Shown piece by piece: positions 39,695 to 48,063 of a stretch of DNA of 64,000 nucleotides (positions are counted from its first letter, which is position 1; each line of letters begins with the position of its first letter). The notes beneath the pieces are model-generated. The model was not told the DNA's origin, did not search any database, and saw nothing but the letters and a program-made list of their open reading frames with translations. The position numbers and the translations under genes were made by a program. The DNA lies in the NCBI GenBank assembly GCA_051715425.1, contig JBPXJS010000052.1, positions 51,801 to 115,800 of the forward strand. The letters are read 5' to 3'. This DNA is from Bacteroidota bacterium. Its GTDB lineage: Bacteria; Bacteroidota; Bacteroidia; UKL13-3.

Positions 39695-39844
39695 AGTTGG
39701 TATTTGGTTAATGTTACATCACGAATTTATCTATTGTATTACAGAAAAAAACTGCCCGATCTGACGAACAAAAACCTAAAAAATCACAACAATTTGAGGA
39801 CTAAAGCAATAGGTTGATTTCGGGTTGATTTATTTCTAAAAAAA

Positions 39845-39882
39845 AGAGTGTTTTCACTCTATGAAAAGAGTGTTTTCACTCT
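39845..39882. promoter_or_regulatory. Tandem palindromic operator, copy 1
   Basis: AGAGTGTTTTCACTCT at 39845-39860 and 39867-39882 (22-bp period). Confidence 0.85.
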
Positions 39883-40082
39883 TTATAAAAATACCCTCCT
39901 TTTTAGCCTCTAAAATACCCTTCTGCCAATTGAAAAAGATAAAATAGCCTGTGTTAAGCCAACGTTTAACAAAAAATCTCTTTTTAACAGGGTAATTGAG
40001 CCTATTTACCTAAGCATCAAAAGTTAAGGCTCGATTTCGACACCCGCAATATCATTTTTTGAATAAATTATTCGCAAAAAAA

Positions 40083-40151
40083 AGAGTGTTTTCACTACTT
40101 AAAAAGAGTGTTTTCACTCTTGTATTGGGTAGGTATGATCAGGTAGTTTTG
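40083..40151 (+). promoter_or_regulatory. Tandem operator copy 2 plus promoter
   Basis: AGAGTGTTTTCACTAC 40083-40098, AGAGTGTTTTCACTCT 40105-40120; TTG 40120-40122, 21 nt, TAGTTTTG 40144-40151. Confidence 0.85.
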
Positions 40152-40178
40152 AATTTCCTAAACCTAATAACCACCATT

Positions 40179-40808
40179 ATGAACTATTTTATCTTTTGGG
40201 CAACCCTTATTTTGCTTGCCTTTATTATTCTTGTTCTCGATAAAAAATTTGGTATGCTGCGCGATAACAGCACTGCCAGTCCCAGGCCTTACAGTTTTTC
40301 CCGTGTGCAGTTGGCCTGGTGGAGCGTGATCATTCTTTCCTGCATTATCACGGTGATACTTGGAAGGCAATGGCAAATTCCTGACCTGAGCACCTCCACC
40401 CTTTATCTGCTCGGTATAAGCAGTGCCACCACGATTGGTGCTACCCTCATTGACCTGAGTGATCAAAACAATACCAATATCACCACACTGAATCAAAATA
40501 CCCAAAGTGAAAATTTCTTTCTCGATATCATGTCGGATAAAAGCGGGGTGAGTGTTCATCGGTTTCAGACAGTCATTTTCAACCTTGTTTTCGGGGTTTG
40601 GTTTATCAAAAACTTTTTGATGAATATCAACAATACCGCTATAGCTATAAATGATATTATTCCTCTGGTAACAGATAATAACCTGATACTGCTTGGAGTA
40701 AGTTCAGGCATGTACACGGCTATTAAAGCAACTGAAAACAAACAAAACAATACCAATACACCGGCCGCAACTCCTGCTGCCAACACAGAAGAACAACCCA
40801 TAGGCTGA
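40179..40808 (+). CDS. Multi-TM membrane protein (holin-like candidate)
   Basis: Start moved to MNYF (40179); hydrophobic segments with YSFSRVQLAWW, LLGIS, HRFQ, LLGVSSG; directly upstream of an amidase. Confidence 0.7.
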   Translation: MNYFIFWATLILLAFIILVLDKKFGMLRDNSTASPRPYSFSRVQLAWWSVIILSCIITVILGRQWQIPDLSTSTLYLLGISSATTIGATLIDLSDQNNTNITTLNQNTQSENFFLDIMSDKSGVSVHRFQTVIFNLVFGVWFIKNFLMNINNTAIAINDIIPLVTDNNLILLGVSSGMYTAIKATENKQNNTNTPAATPAANTEEQPIG

Positions 40809-40830
40809 TTAACACTATAATCCTAGAAAC

Positions 40831-41631
40831 ATGTCGACAGCAATTGAAACAAAATACAGCATTACCCCCAGGTACCTGCCCAAACCATCTAAGCGCAGGA
40901 GTGGTTTAAAAATAAACAAGGTGCGTTTTCTTGTAGCACACGATACCGGAAACCCCGGAAGTACAGCCGCCCAGAACGTGAGTTATTATACCAACTCTGC
41001 TCAGGTACAAAGTTCGTCTGCTCATTTATTTGTAGACGATAAAGAAATTATTGAATGTGTTCCCGCCCTTACATCAGATCCGGAAAAAGCGTGGCATGTA
41101 TTATACAATGTGCCAACCGACAATCAGCTTTATGGGGTAAATGCGAATGATGCAGCCATTGGCGTGGAGTACTGTTATGGCGGTAAAATAGATGCCGACA
41201 AAGCCTATGATAAATATGTATGGTTGCTTGCCAAATTGTGTTTTCAGTTTGGGCTGGATCCAAGCAAAGATATTGTTGGGCATTTTTTTCTGGACCCGGC
41301 AAGAAAAACAGATCCGCTTACAGGTTTAGCAGCCAGCCGCAGAACCTATGAGCAACTGATACGGGATGTGGTTGCTGATTTTGCCTTATTTAACGGGAAC
41401 CCCAGCGGCACCATACAGTCTCAGCCGTTTCAAACCACCGGAAAAGTGCTGGTAAAACTCAATCTGAGGGAAGCCCCCAATACGCGGGCAGGCGTGGTTC
41501 AGGTACTCACAGCCGGAACTCCGGTAACCATTACTGAACGCACCACCTCAGGGGAATCGGTAAATAATAACAATGTTTGGTTTAAGGATAACAACGGCAG
41601 GTGGTTGTGGAGTGGCGGGGTCACGTTATAA
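40831..41631 (+). CDS. N-acetylmuramoyl-L-alanine amidase (Amidase_2) with C-terminal SH3b, no signal peptide
   Basis: VAHDTGN, SAHLFVDD, AWH, IGVE, VGH, KTDP; LNLREAPNT...W SH3b-like tail. Confidence 0.88.
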   Translation: MSTAIETKYSITPRYLPKPSKRRSGLKINKVRFLVAHDTGNPGSTAAQNVSYYTNSAQVQSSSAHLFVDDKEIIECVPALTSDPEKAWHVLYNVPTDNQLYGVNANDAAIGVEYCYGGKIDADKAYDKYVWLLAKLCFQFGLDPSKDIVGHFFLDPARKTDPLTGLAASRRTYEQLIRDVVADFALFNGNPSGTIQSQPFQTTGKVLVKLNLREAPNTRAGVVQVLTAGTPVTITERTTSGESVNNNNVWFKDNNGRWLWSGGVTL

Positions 41632-41644
41632 ATCATTACCTAAT

Positions 41645-42289
41645 ATGAAAATACTGCTGCTCCAGGTACTCGCCTTTTCCATTTTTTTTCTGATTCTGTT
41701 TGCACTCACTTTTAATTTAGATTTTACTGCATCCATTCTTCTTTTTCTTCAAGACAATACCTTCCTTTCAGCCTGCACCAGCATATTTATTCTTGGTGCA
41801 GATATCCTACTTCCGGTTCCTTCCAGTGTGGTGATGTTGCTAAACGGCAAATTGTTTGGCATTGTTTCCGGAACGGTTATTTCCTGCGCGGGTCTTATGC
41901 TCTCCACATTTGCAGGGTATTTTATCGGCAAAAAAATAACCACCCGCCTGTCTTATTTTATTAACCCCAAACAGCAGGCCGAATCCGAGCGATTGTTTCA
42001 GAACTGGGGATTAATTATTCTCATTGTAAGCAGACCCATTCCATTGTTATCTGAAAGCATCAGCATCGTTGCGGGTATGCAGCGCATGTCATTTTCAACC
42101 TTATTTTTTTCTTCCCTGGCCGGTTCACTTCCGGGCGCATTTATCTATGCATATTATGGCGCTTTTTCCAATACAGAACAAAACCAATACCTGAGTTTTT
42201 TGCTGGTGGTTGCAATAGCATCTCTGGCATTTATCATTTCCCGATTACTAAAAACCCTATTTAATAAAAAACACTATGAGCTACTTTGA
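41645..42289 (+). CDS. DedA/VTT (TVP38) family membrane protein
   Basis: LPVPSS, SRPIPLLSE, AGM..M, GSLPG; start moved to MKIL. Confidence 0.82.
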   Translation: MKILLLQVLAFSIFFLILFALTFNLDFTASILLFLQDNTFLSACTSIFILGADILLPVPSSVVMLLNGKLFGIVSGTVISCAGLMLSTFAGYFIGKKITTRLSYFINPKQQAESERLFQNWGLIILIVSRPIPLLSESISIVAGMQRMSFSTLFFSSLAGSLPGAFIYAYYGAFSNTEQNQYLSFLLVVAIASLAFIISRLLKTLFNKKHYELL

Positions 42290-44387
42290 TTTTCCCAGAA
42301 TGAATTTTACCGGTTCGGTAACCATTAATGTCGGAACCGTAAACAATGATGATTACGGAGCCGGAGGCACTACCATAGCATCAGGACCCGGAACAGGCCA
42401 ATACCTCAGGTTATCCGACTCTGTGAATGTGCAGGCACTTACTTATGGAATGAGCGATTCAGAATTTATCACCTGGTGTAATACTCCACTTGATGTTACC
42501 TATCCGCCTCCACCTCCGCCTGCGGGACCCAGCCCTGTATTGCCCGGAGAATGGAATTATTATGGTGATATGGGTGTGACCTTTAACGGTGTAAATGTAG
42601 TTGGGGTGAATCTGGTAGATGGCACTTTACAAACTTCAGGCAATACTTTAATAGGAACCAACCTCTCTTTTAATAACGATGCCGGACGCAGCACTGCCCT
42701 TATCTGTGATGTAAATCCCGAGGATGTTCCCACCTCACAAATTTTTGCTGATGTAATGGCACTGCGCGATTCACAGGGCAATAGCTTATTTCAGGGGGCA
42801 CCATCAAAAGCCGTAACCCGGTGGATTAACTTTTTCCGTAATGCCAATTTACAGGGATCAGCCGGTGCTTCGGGCGTGTTTCAGCATGTTATTCCTATCA
42901 GCAATTTTCAGGATCCTGGCGTACAGCAAATACTAACCGCACTTGGATACACGGCCACCAATCAACCCGTTAACCCGGCTGGTTTTGTGGTAAGGTATTC
43001 CATTTATCAAACCATACCGCCTATTTCTCCCATGAATTATAGTAATTATAACGATTACAATACAGCATTAATGAACCTCTATAAGGAGCCATACCCTAAT
43101 AACCAAAACCCTGGTATTGGCACCGTGAGCGGAACCATTGGTTTGTACTATAGCGGAGAAATGCAATCCATTACCATGGGGCGTTACCTGATCCCACCTG
43201 CACCAACCGGAAACCCAACACCACCACCGGTTCCACCAAATATTCCTATGACTATGTTTAGCACAGGAACGTACACCACTAATAATGGTCAGGGTAATTT
43301 TCAACTCGGATCAGTAGTGGCGAAAATGTATCCTCCTGCCTCAGCATCAGGTACCGGGCGTATCACACTTGATGTGTGTAATGCATTTCCTGAAAACTAT
43401 GTTCCGGCATCCGGAACTAATCCTGCAACAAATAATAAATTTGTTTTTACAGGGTATAACGACAGTACAGGTATTATACTTGGTTATATTCCAAATGGAG
43501 AAACAGCTATTACCAAAATAGCCGATCTTAATTATGCCGATACTTCTCTTTATATTAATGGTGGGGGTTTGATGGATATTACCGGCATCTCCTCAACCAC
43601 CTTAACAGACATTCAAAACGGATCGCTTGTTATTGCCTTTACCAATAACGGAACTATTGGTGCTCCTTTACTTACCGAATGCGATTATATGATTGCAAGC
43701 GATCAGGTGGCTGTATATGCTGAACAAAATCAGACAAGCATTTTTTATCGCAATGATGCCCCCGTTCCTGTAAATTGCTGCGTAAATGTTTATTATAAAG
43801 GCAGCCCTATCACCAATAATGTTAGTCTAATTGTTCAGGAAGCTCAAACCACTCCAAATGTTCCGGGGCCAACCGGAGACCAGCTTACAGGCAACACTCA
43901 GACCATACTTGTTACACCATTAACAAACAATAATGTTCCACTTACTTTAGGCGTAGCAAACAGAGGTAATTTATTATACCGTGTTGCTATTGCAGATAGC
44001 TCATTGGCAACAGCATCACCAATGCCCTGCAATCAAATATACAGTTACGCATATCTAAATCTGGCTACTGATTTTTATATTAACCTGCGCGTATTGCCAC
44101 AGGATGATTACTCTGCATATATTGATAAAAACGGAAATGCCATACAAACAATCCCATGGACTTACTTATACAGTAATGTACTGCAATACTACAACCTCAT
44201 ATTCCCGGCAATGGGTTTGCATGTTCCTTTTGAAGAAGCTGTTTGGCAGGATCTGGCCGCAACCATCTATCAACGTGTAGATATCTCCAACTGGCCTTCG
44301 GTTATTTCCATGCCTCGTACCCGCGATCTCTCACAAACCCGCAGGCAACTCATTCAGGCATGGTGCAAACAATATATGCCCGCTTAA
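42276..44387 (+). CDS. VioB/RebD/StaD-like protein lacking the C-terminal ferritin-like domain
   Basis: N-terminal MSYFDFPRMNFTG..INVGTVN, WNYYGD, DVNP..SQIFA; C-terminal YYNLIFPAM...MPRTRDLS. Confidence 0.6.
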   Translation: MSYFDFPRMNFTGSVTINVGTVNNDDYGAGGTTIASGPGTGQYLRLSDSVNVQALTYGMSDSEFITWCNTPLDVTYPPPPPPAGPSPVLPGEWNYYGDMGVTFNGVNVVGVNLVDGTLQTSGNTLIGTNLSFNNDAGRSTALICDVNPEDVPTSQIFADVMALRDSQGNSLFQGAPSKAVTRWINFFRNANLQGSAGASGVFQHVIPISNFQDPGVQQILTALGYTATNQPVNPAGFVVRYSIYQTIPPISPMNYSNYNDYNTALMNLYKEPYPNNQNPGIGTVSGTIGLYYSGEMQSITMGRYLIPPAPTGNPTPPPVPPNIPMTMFSTGTYTTNNGQGNFQLGSVVAKMYPPASASGTGRITLDVCNAFPENYVPASGTNPATNNKFVFTGYNDSTGIILGYIPNGETAITKIADLNYADTSLYINGGGLMDITGISSTTLTDIQNGSLVIAFTNNGTIGAPLLTECDYMIASDQVAVYAEQNQTSIFYRNDAPVPVNCCVNVYYKGSPITNNVSLIVQEAQTTPNVPGPTGDQLTGNTQTILVTPLTNNNVPLTLGVANRGNLLYRVAIADSSLATASPMPCNQIYSYAYLNLATDFYINLRVLPQDDYSAYIDKNGNAIQTIPWTYLYSNVLQYYNLIFPAMGLHVPFEEAVWQDLAATIYQRVDISNWPSVISMPRTRDLSQTRRQLIQAWCKQYMPA

Positions 44388-44412
44388 CCAAACAGTACTT
44401 AAACTTAATTAA

Positions 44413-45864
44413 ATGAACACCATGAAAAAAATTCTTATCATAACCCTTTGTACCATGATTGGTGCATCGGTGTGGGCACAAAAACCTGCAAAAAAACAAC
44501 CTGCAAAACCAAAGGGGAATACCCCTATTTCTCTTCCTTTTCAATTTGGTTTCTATAATATCAATGTAACACCTGTTTCCAGCGATACACCCGGGCTGCC
44601 TTATCAATCATTTATAAGTGGGAGCAATGGCAACAATATCCTTATTGTTGGCGGAAGATCAAACGGATTTCACGGAACTGATGGAACAGACTCAGCCATT
44701 AACTTTCCGGCCTATTATTCCAATGCCAATTTTATTGTATATAACCCAACAACAGGTGTCATGCAAACAGCCCCTGTTCCGGCTGCATACCTTGATCAAT
44801 TGAGCTCTACCAATATGTTAAGTTACCAAAGTGGCGACACCTTATATGGTTGCGGTGGGTATGGAAAAAACAGTTCAGGCAATTATGTTACCTATAATGG
44901 TTTTTTTGCCATCAGTGTATCGCAAATGATTAATGCCATACTCAACGGTACTACCGCTAACCTGTCTCAATACATGGTGAGTACCCAAAATAATTACATG
45001 GCTGTTACAGGAGGTGAGTTGCTTAAAATGGGCAATTACTTTTATGTGGTAATGGGACAAAATTTTACCGGATTGTATGCTCCACCACCCCAACAAAACA
45101 GTGTTCAAATTTATACCAACTCCATACGTAAGTTTACTGTTACCAATACAGGAAGTGCCCTGAGTGTTTTGCTGGTTGACTCATTCACCGATGGCAACAG
45201 CCCCGATAGTACTTCCCGCTTTCACCGAAGAGATTTAAATGTGGTTCCCATTATCAATACAGATAAAAAACCGGGTATAGCAGTATATGGTGGTGTATTT
45301 ACCCAAAAAGTAAATGGTGTTTGGGTGAACCCTGTTTATATTACCCAAGGTGCAAACAACAGCACCAATGTAAATATTGATGCAAACTTTACTCAGAAGT
45401 TTAATCAATATGGATGTGCACAGGTATTGTGTTATGAACCCAATACCAATACCATGGTTACCAACCTTCTTGGAGGTATCAGTTATTATGCATATAACAG
45501 CAATGGTGTTTTATTGCCAGATGCGGCTGTTCCATTTAGTAAAACCATCTCCACGATTTTCAGAAACGCTTTTGGTAGTCTGGAAACCTATACTGCCTAT
45601 AATGCAGGATTGCCTGATTATGTTGGAGCCGAATCTAAATTTTTTCCTTTACAAAATTTGCTTTACAGTGGCAGCAATGAGATTATCGATTTGTCCAAGG
45701 TGCCTATTAACGGTAAACCAACCTTTGTAGGATATATGTTTGGGGGAATCCGTGCAACCTCTGCACAAAGCAGTACCATCAACCCTACTATGGCCAATAA
45801 AAAACTTTACCGCGTTTATATTACCAGAAGCATTATTTACCCGGTAAAAAAAACCACTAAATGA
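44413..45864 (+). CDS. Exported Kelch-like beta-propeller protein
   Basis: Signal peptide; repeated hhhGG blades (IVGGR, CGGYG, VTGG, YGGVF, LGGIS, MFGGI); FHRRDLN. Confidence 0.7.
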   Translation: MNTMKKILIITLCTMIGASVWAQKPAKKQPAKPKGNTPISLPFQFGFYNINVTPVSSDTPGLPYQSFISGSNGNNILIVGGRSNGFHGTDGTDSAINFPAYYSNANFIVYNPTTGVMQTAPVPAAYLDQLSSTNMLSYQSGDTLYGCGGYGKNSSGNYVTYNGFFAISVSQMINAILNGTTANLSQYMVSTQNNYMAVTGGELLKMGNYFYVVMGQNFTGLYAPPPQQNSVQIYTNSIRKFTVTNTGSALSVLLVDSFTDGNSPDSTSRFHRRDLNVVPIINTDKKPGIAVYGGVFTQKVNGVWVNPVYITQGANNSTNVNIDANFTQKFNQYGCAQVLCYEPNTNTMVTNLLGGISYYAYNSNGVLLPDAAVPFSKTISTIFRNAFGSLETYTAYNAGLPDYVGAESKFFPLQNLLYSGSNEIIDLSKVPINGKPTFVGYMFGGIRATSAQSSTINPTMANKKLYRVYITRSIIYPVKKTTK

Positions 45865-46952
45865 TCAAACGGTTTCTCTTTGTTATATATACATTGATTA
45901 CACCTGTTTTATATCTGAAAGCGCAGGAAAGCGACAGCAGCACAACTAAAAAAGTGCTGCTGTTGCCCGTTCCTGCTATTGGCAAAAGCCTGGAAACAGG
46001 TTGGTATTTTGGGGCGGTATGTTTGTTTAAATTCAAAAACTATTTTCGTACACCTCAATATTCCACAGCAAAGGCGGAGGTAAACTATACTTTAAACAAG
46101 CAGATTATTCTAAATGCCTCCTGGTTTGTTTACACACATGAGAATAAAAATATCATCATTGGCGATAACTCCTTTCTCTATTTTCCTGAAAACTTTTATG
46201 GCATTGGAAACAATACTACCGCTTCGGGCGAAATTTATTATACCGCCAAAAGAACCGAGCTCTATAACGCAGTATTATGGAAAATAAAACCACCCATATA
46301 CGCAGGTGTATCAACCAGAATTCAGGGCATTACCTCGGTAAATATTACCGGTACAAAAACAGAAATTAACAGGGAACTGGAAACCAATAATGCAGGTTGG
46401 GTTTACGGCATAGGCCCTCACTTGCTTATAGATAAACGCGACAGAATACTAAATCCATCTGCAGGCAGCTACCTGATAGACGCAGAAAATATCAATTTTC
46501 TTAAAGAAAAAAACACACAGGGAACTTCTGCATTCAGCAATATAAAAACAGATATCAGGCTTTACCACAAATTATTCAGCAATACCATTCTTGCCTGGCA
46601 ATATTACGGCCTTTACACGTTTGGAAATCCACCATACAGACTAACCGGACTTATGGGCAGCGATAGCCATATGCGCGGTTATTACCAGGGCCGGTACAGA
46701 GATAATAACTACGCTACGGTGCAGGCTGAGGCGCGTGTAAGTATTAAACCCTGGATAGGTTTTACCATATTCAGCGGAGTAGGCGAAGTGTGGAGAAAGG
46801 CTGCCGATGTTTCCATAGATACCATAAAATACACAACCGGAATCGGGTTTCGTTTAAGGGTAGATAAATCTGATCAGATTAACCTGCGACTTGATTATGC
46901 CATTGGTAAAGAAACATCCGGATTTTATGTGGCATTTGGAGAAGCTTTTTAG
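45861..46952 (+). CDS. Omp85/BamA-TamA superfamily barrel without POTRA domains
   Basis: MRGYYQGRYRD loop-6 motif, GIGFR, RLDYA, C-terminal GEAF. Confidence 0.85.
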   Translation: MIKRFLFVIYTLITPVLYLKAQESDSSTTKKVLLLPVPAIGKSLETGWYFGAVCLFKFKNYFRTPQYSTAKAEVNYTLNKQIILNASWFVYTHENKNIIIGDNSFLYFPENFYGIGNNTTASGEIYYTAKRTELYNAVLWKIKPPIYAGVSTRIQGITSVNITGTKTEINRELETNNAGWVYGIGPHLLIDKRDRILNPSAGSYLIDAENINFLKEKNTQGTSAFSNIKTDIRLYHKLFSNTILAWQYYGLYTFGNPPYRLTGLMGSDSHMRGYYQGRYRDNNYATVQAEARVSIKPWIGFTIFSGVGEVWRKAADVSIDTIKYTTGIGFRLRVDKSDQINLRLDYAIGKETSGFYVAFGEAF

Positions 46953-47022
46953 CAACCAGTTAAACAAAAAGTAAAAACCTATGTTAAATATTAGAATCGC
47001 ATTCATCAGCAACAACAACCCA

Positions 47023-47442
47023 ATGAACATTATTAATGATCTATCCGAAACCGGCAAAGTAATTACAAATGTGGGTGAGCTTATTAAACAAAACCGGTCT
47101 GGGGGACATCCAGAGCTTTATCAGTTTGTATTGTTATTAAAGGAGATAGGGCGTGAGCTTGAGCAGACCTACAGAAAACTTTTAAGATATGAAAACCCGC
47201 TGTCTCATTGTATTATGCTGGAGGAACACGCACGCAACCTGCATCATCATCTCCTGTTATATTCCAATGAGCAACTGGCATTAAACCTCTCAAATAAACT
47301 GCTACAGAAAAAATCTATCGACCATCTGTTCGACAGGGTACAGGCAGGTACGGTTGATCTAACCGATCTGAATAAAATTGATGAAGCAGCAGCCTGTTTT
47401 TACGATACAGCCGAAAAATTGCGCAAATTCTCGCATAATTGA
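47023..47442 (+). CDS. Hypothetical helical protein
   Basis: ORF in operon orientation; start uncertain (46981 or 47023). Confidence 0.6.
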   Translation: MNIINDLSETGKVITNVGELIKQNRSGGHPELYQFVLLLKEIGRELEQTYRKLLRYENPLSHCIMLEEHARNLHHHLLLYSNEQLALNLSNKLLQKKSIDHLFDRVQAGTVDLTDLNKIDEAAACFYDTAEKLRKFSHN

Positions 47443-47513
47443 GCTTTTTGCCTTAAACCTCTTGTCCTGCAAGGTTTTCCAACAATTTCGGCATAATTTA
47501 TACCGTAAAAAAA

Positions 47514-47582
47514 AGAGTGTTTTCACTCTCAAAAAAGAGTGTTTTCACTCTTGATTCCTATATGTTTCATTTACCATCTTTG
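47514..47582 (+). promoter_or_regulatory. Tandem operator copy 3 plus promoter
   Basis: Palindromes 47514-47529 and 47536-47551; TTG 47551-47553, 21 nt, CATCTTTG 47575-47582. Confidence 0.85.
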
Positions 47583-47702
47583 CTGTTCAGTTAATGTTAC
47601 ATAACCATGTCTGGCACGGGAAATATGGTAAGCGATATGGTGAATCACTTATTCACCCGGGTCAGGTTATGGTTTAGCTTCATCACCGCAACAAAAAAAC
47701 AG

Positions 47703-48041
47703 ATGGCACGAAAATTATTTGTAAACAATACGGAATACCTCATTCAGGGAACACTGGCCGTAAGACAAGGCTCCAATACAGGAACAGCGCTTTATACTGT
47801 TTCATTTACCATTAATCCGCGTACACAACAAAATGTGAACTATGGAGACCTTCATAACCCGTATGCTGACGGCCTTGAGGTATCCGCCATAGAAAACGGA
47901 ACAATTGTTCTTACAGAGCAAATAACCATGCAGGAAGGCGGTATCACAGATAAGGAGTTTAATACCAATGATACCATCTACATTAATATGAACGACAACA
48001 ATCATTTTATGATTACCGCAGCCAATACATGGACCATCTGA
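47703..48041 (+). CDS. Small beta-rich hypothetical protein
   Basis: Start MARK preceded by an A-rich leader; 112 aa. Confidence 0.65.
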   Translation: MARKLFVNNTEYLIQGTLAVRQGSNTGTALYTVSFTINPRTQQNVNYGDLHNPYADGLEVSAIENGTIVLTEQITMQEGGITDKEFNTNDTIYINMNDNNHFMITAANTWTI

Positions 48042-48063
48042 CACCTTTTTAAATACTCAATCA

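Noticed and set aside
40059-40178. Shared N-terminal peptide KKRVFSL(L/S)KKSVFTL in ORFs 40059 and 51194
   Set aside because: It is the translation of the DNA operator; the likely starts are 40179 and 51296, downstream of the -7 boxes.
40179-41631. Prophage
   Set aside because: No capsid, terminase, tail or integrase genes in the window.
42276-44387. Violacein or indolocarbazole biosynthetic cluster
   Set aside because: No VioA/RebO, VioE/StaP or flavin monooxygenase genes nearby, and the ferritin-like domain is missing.
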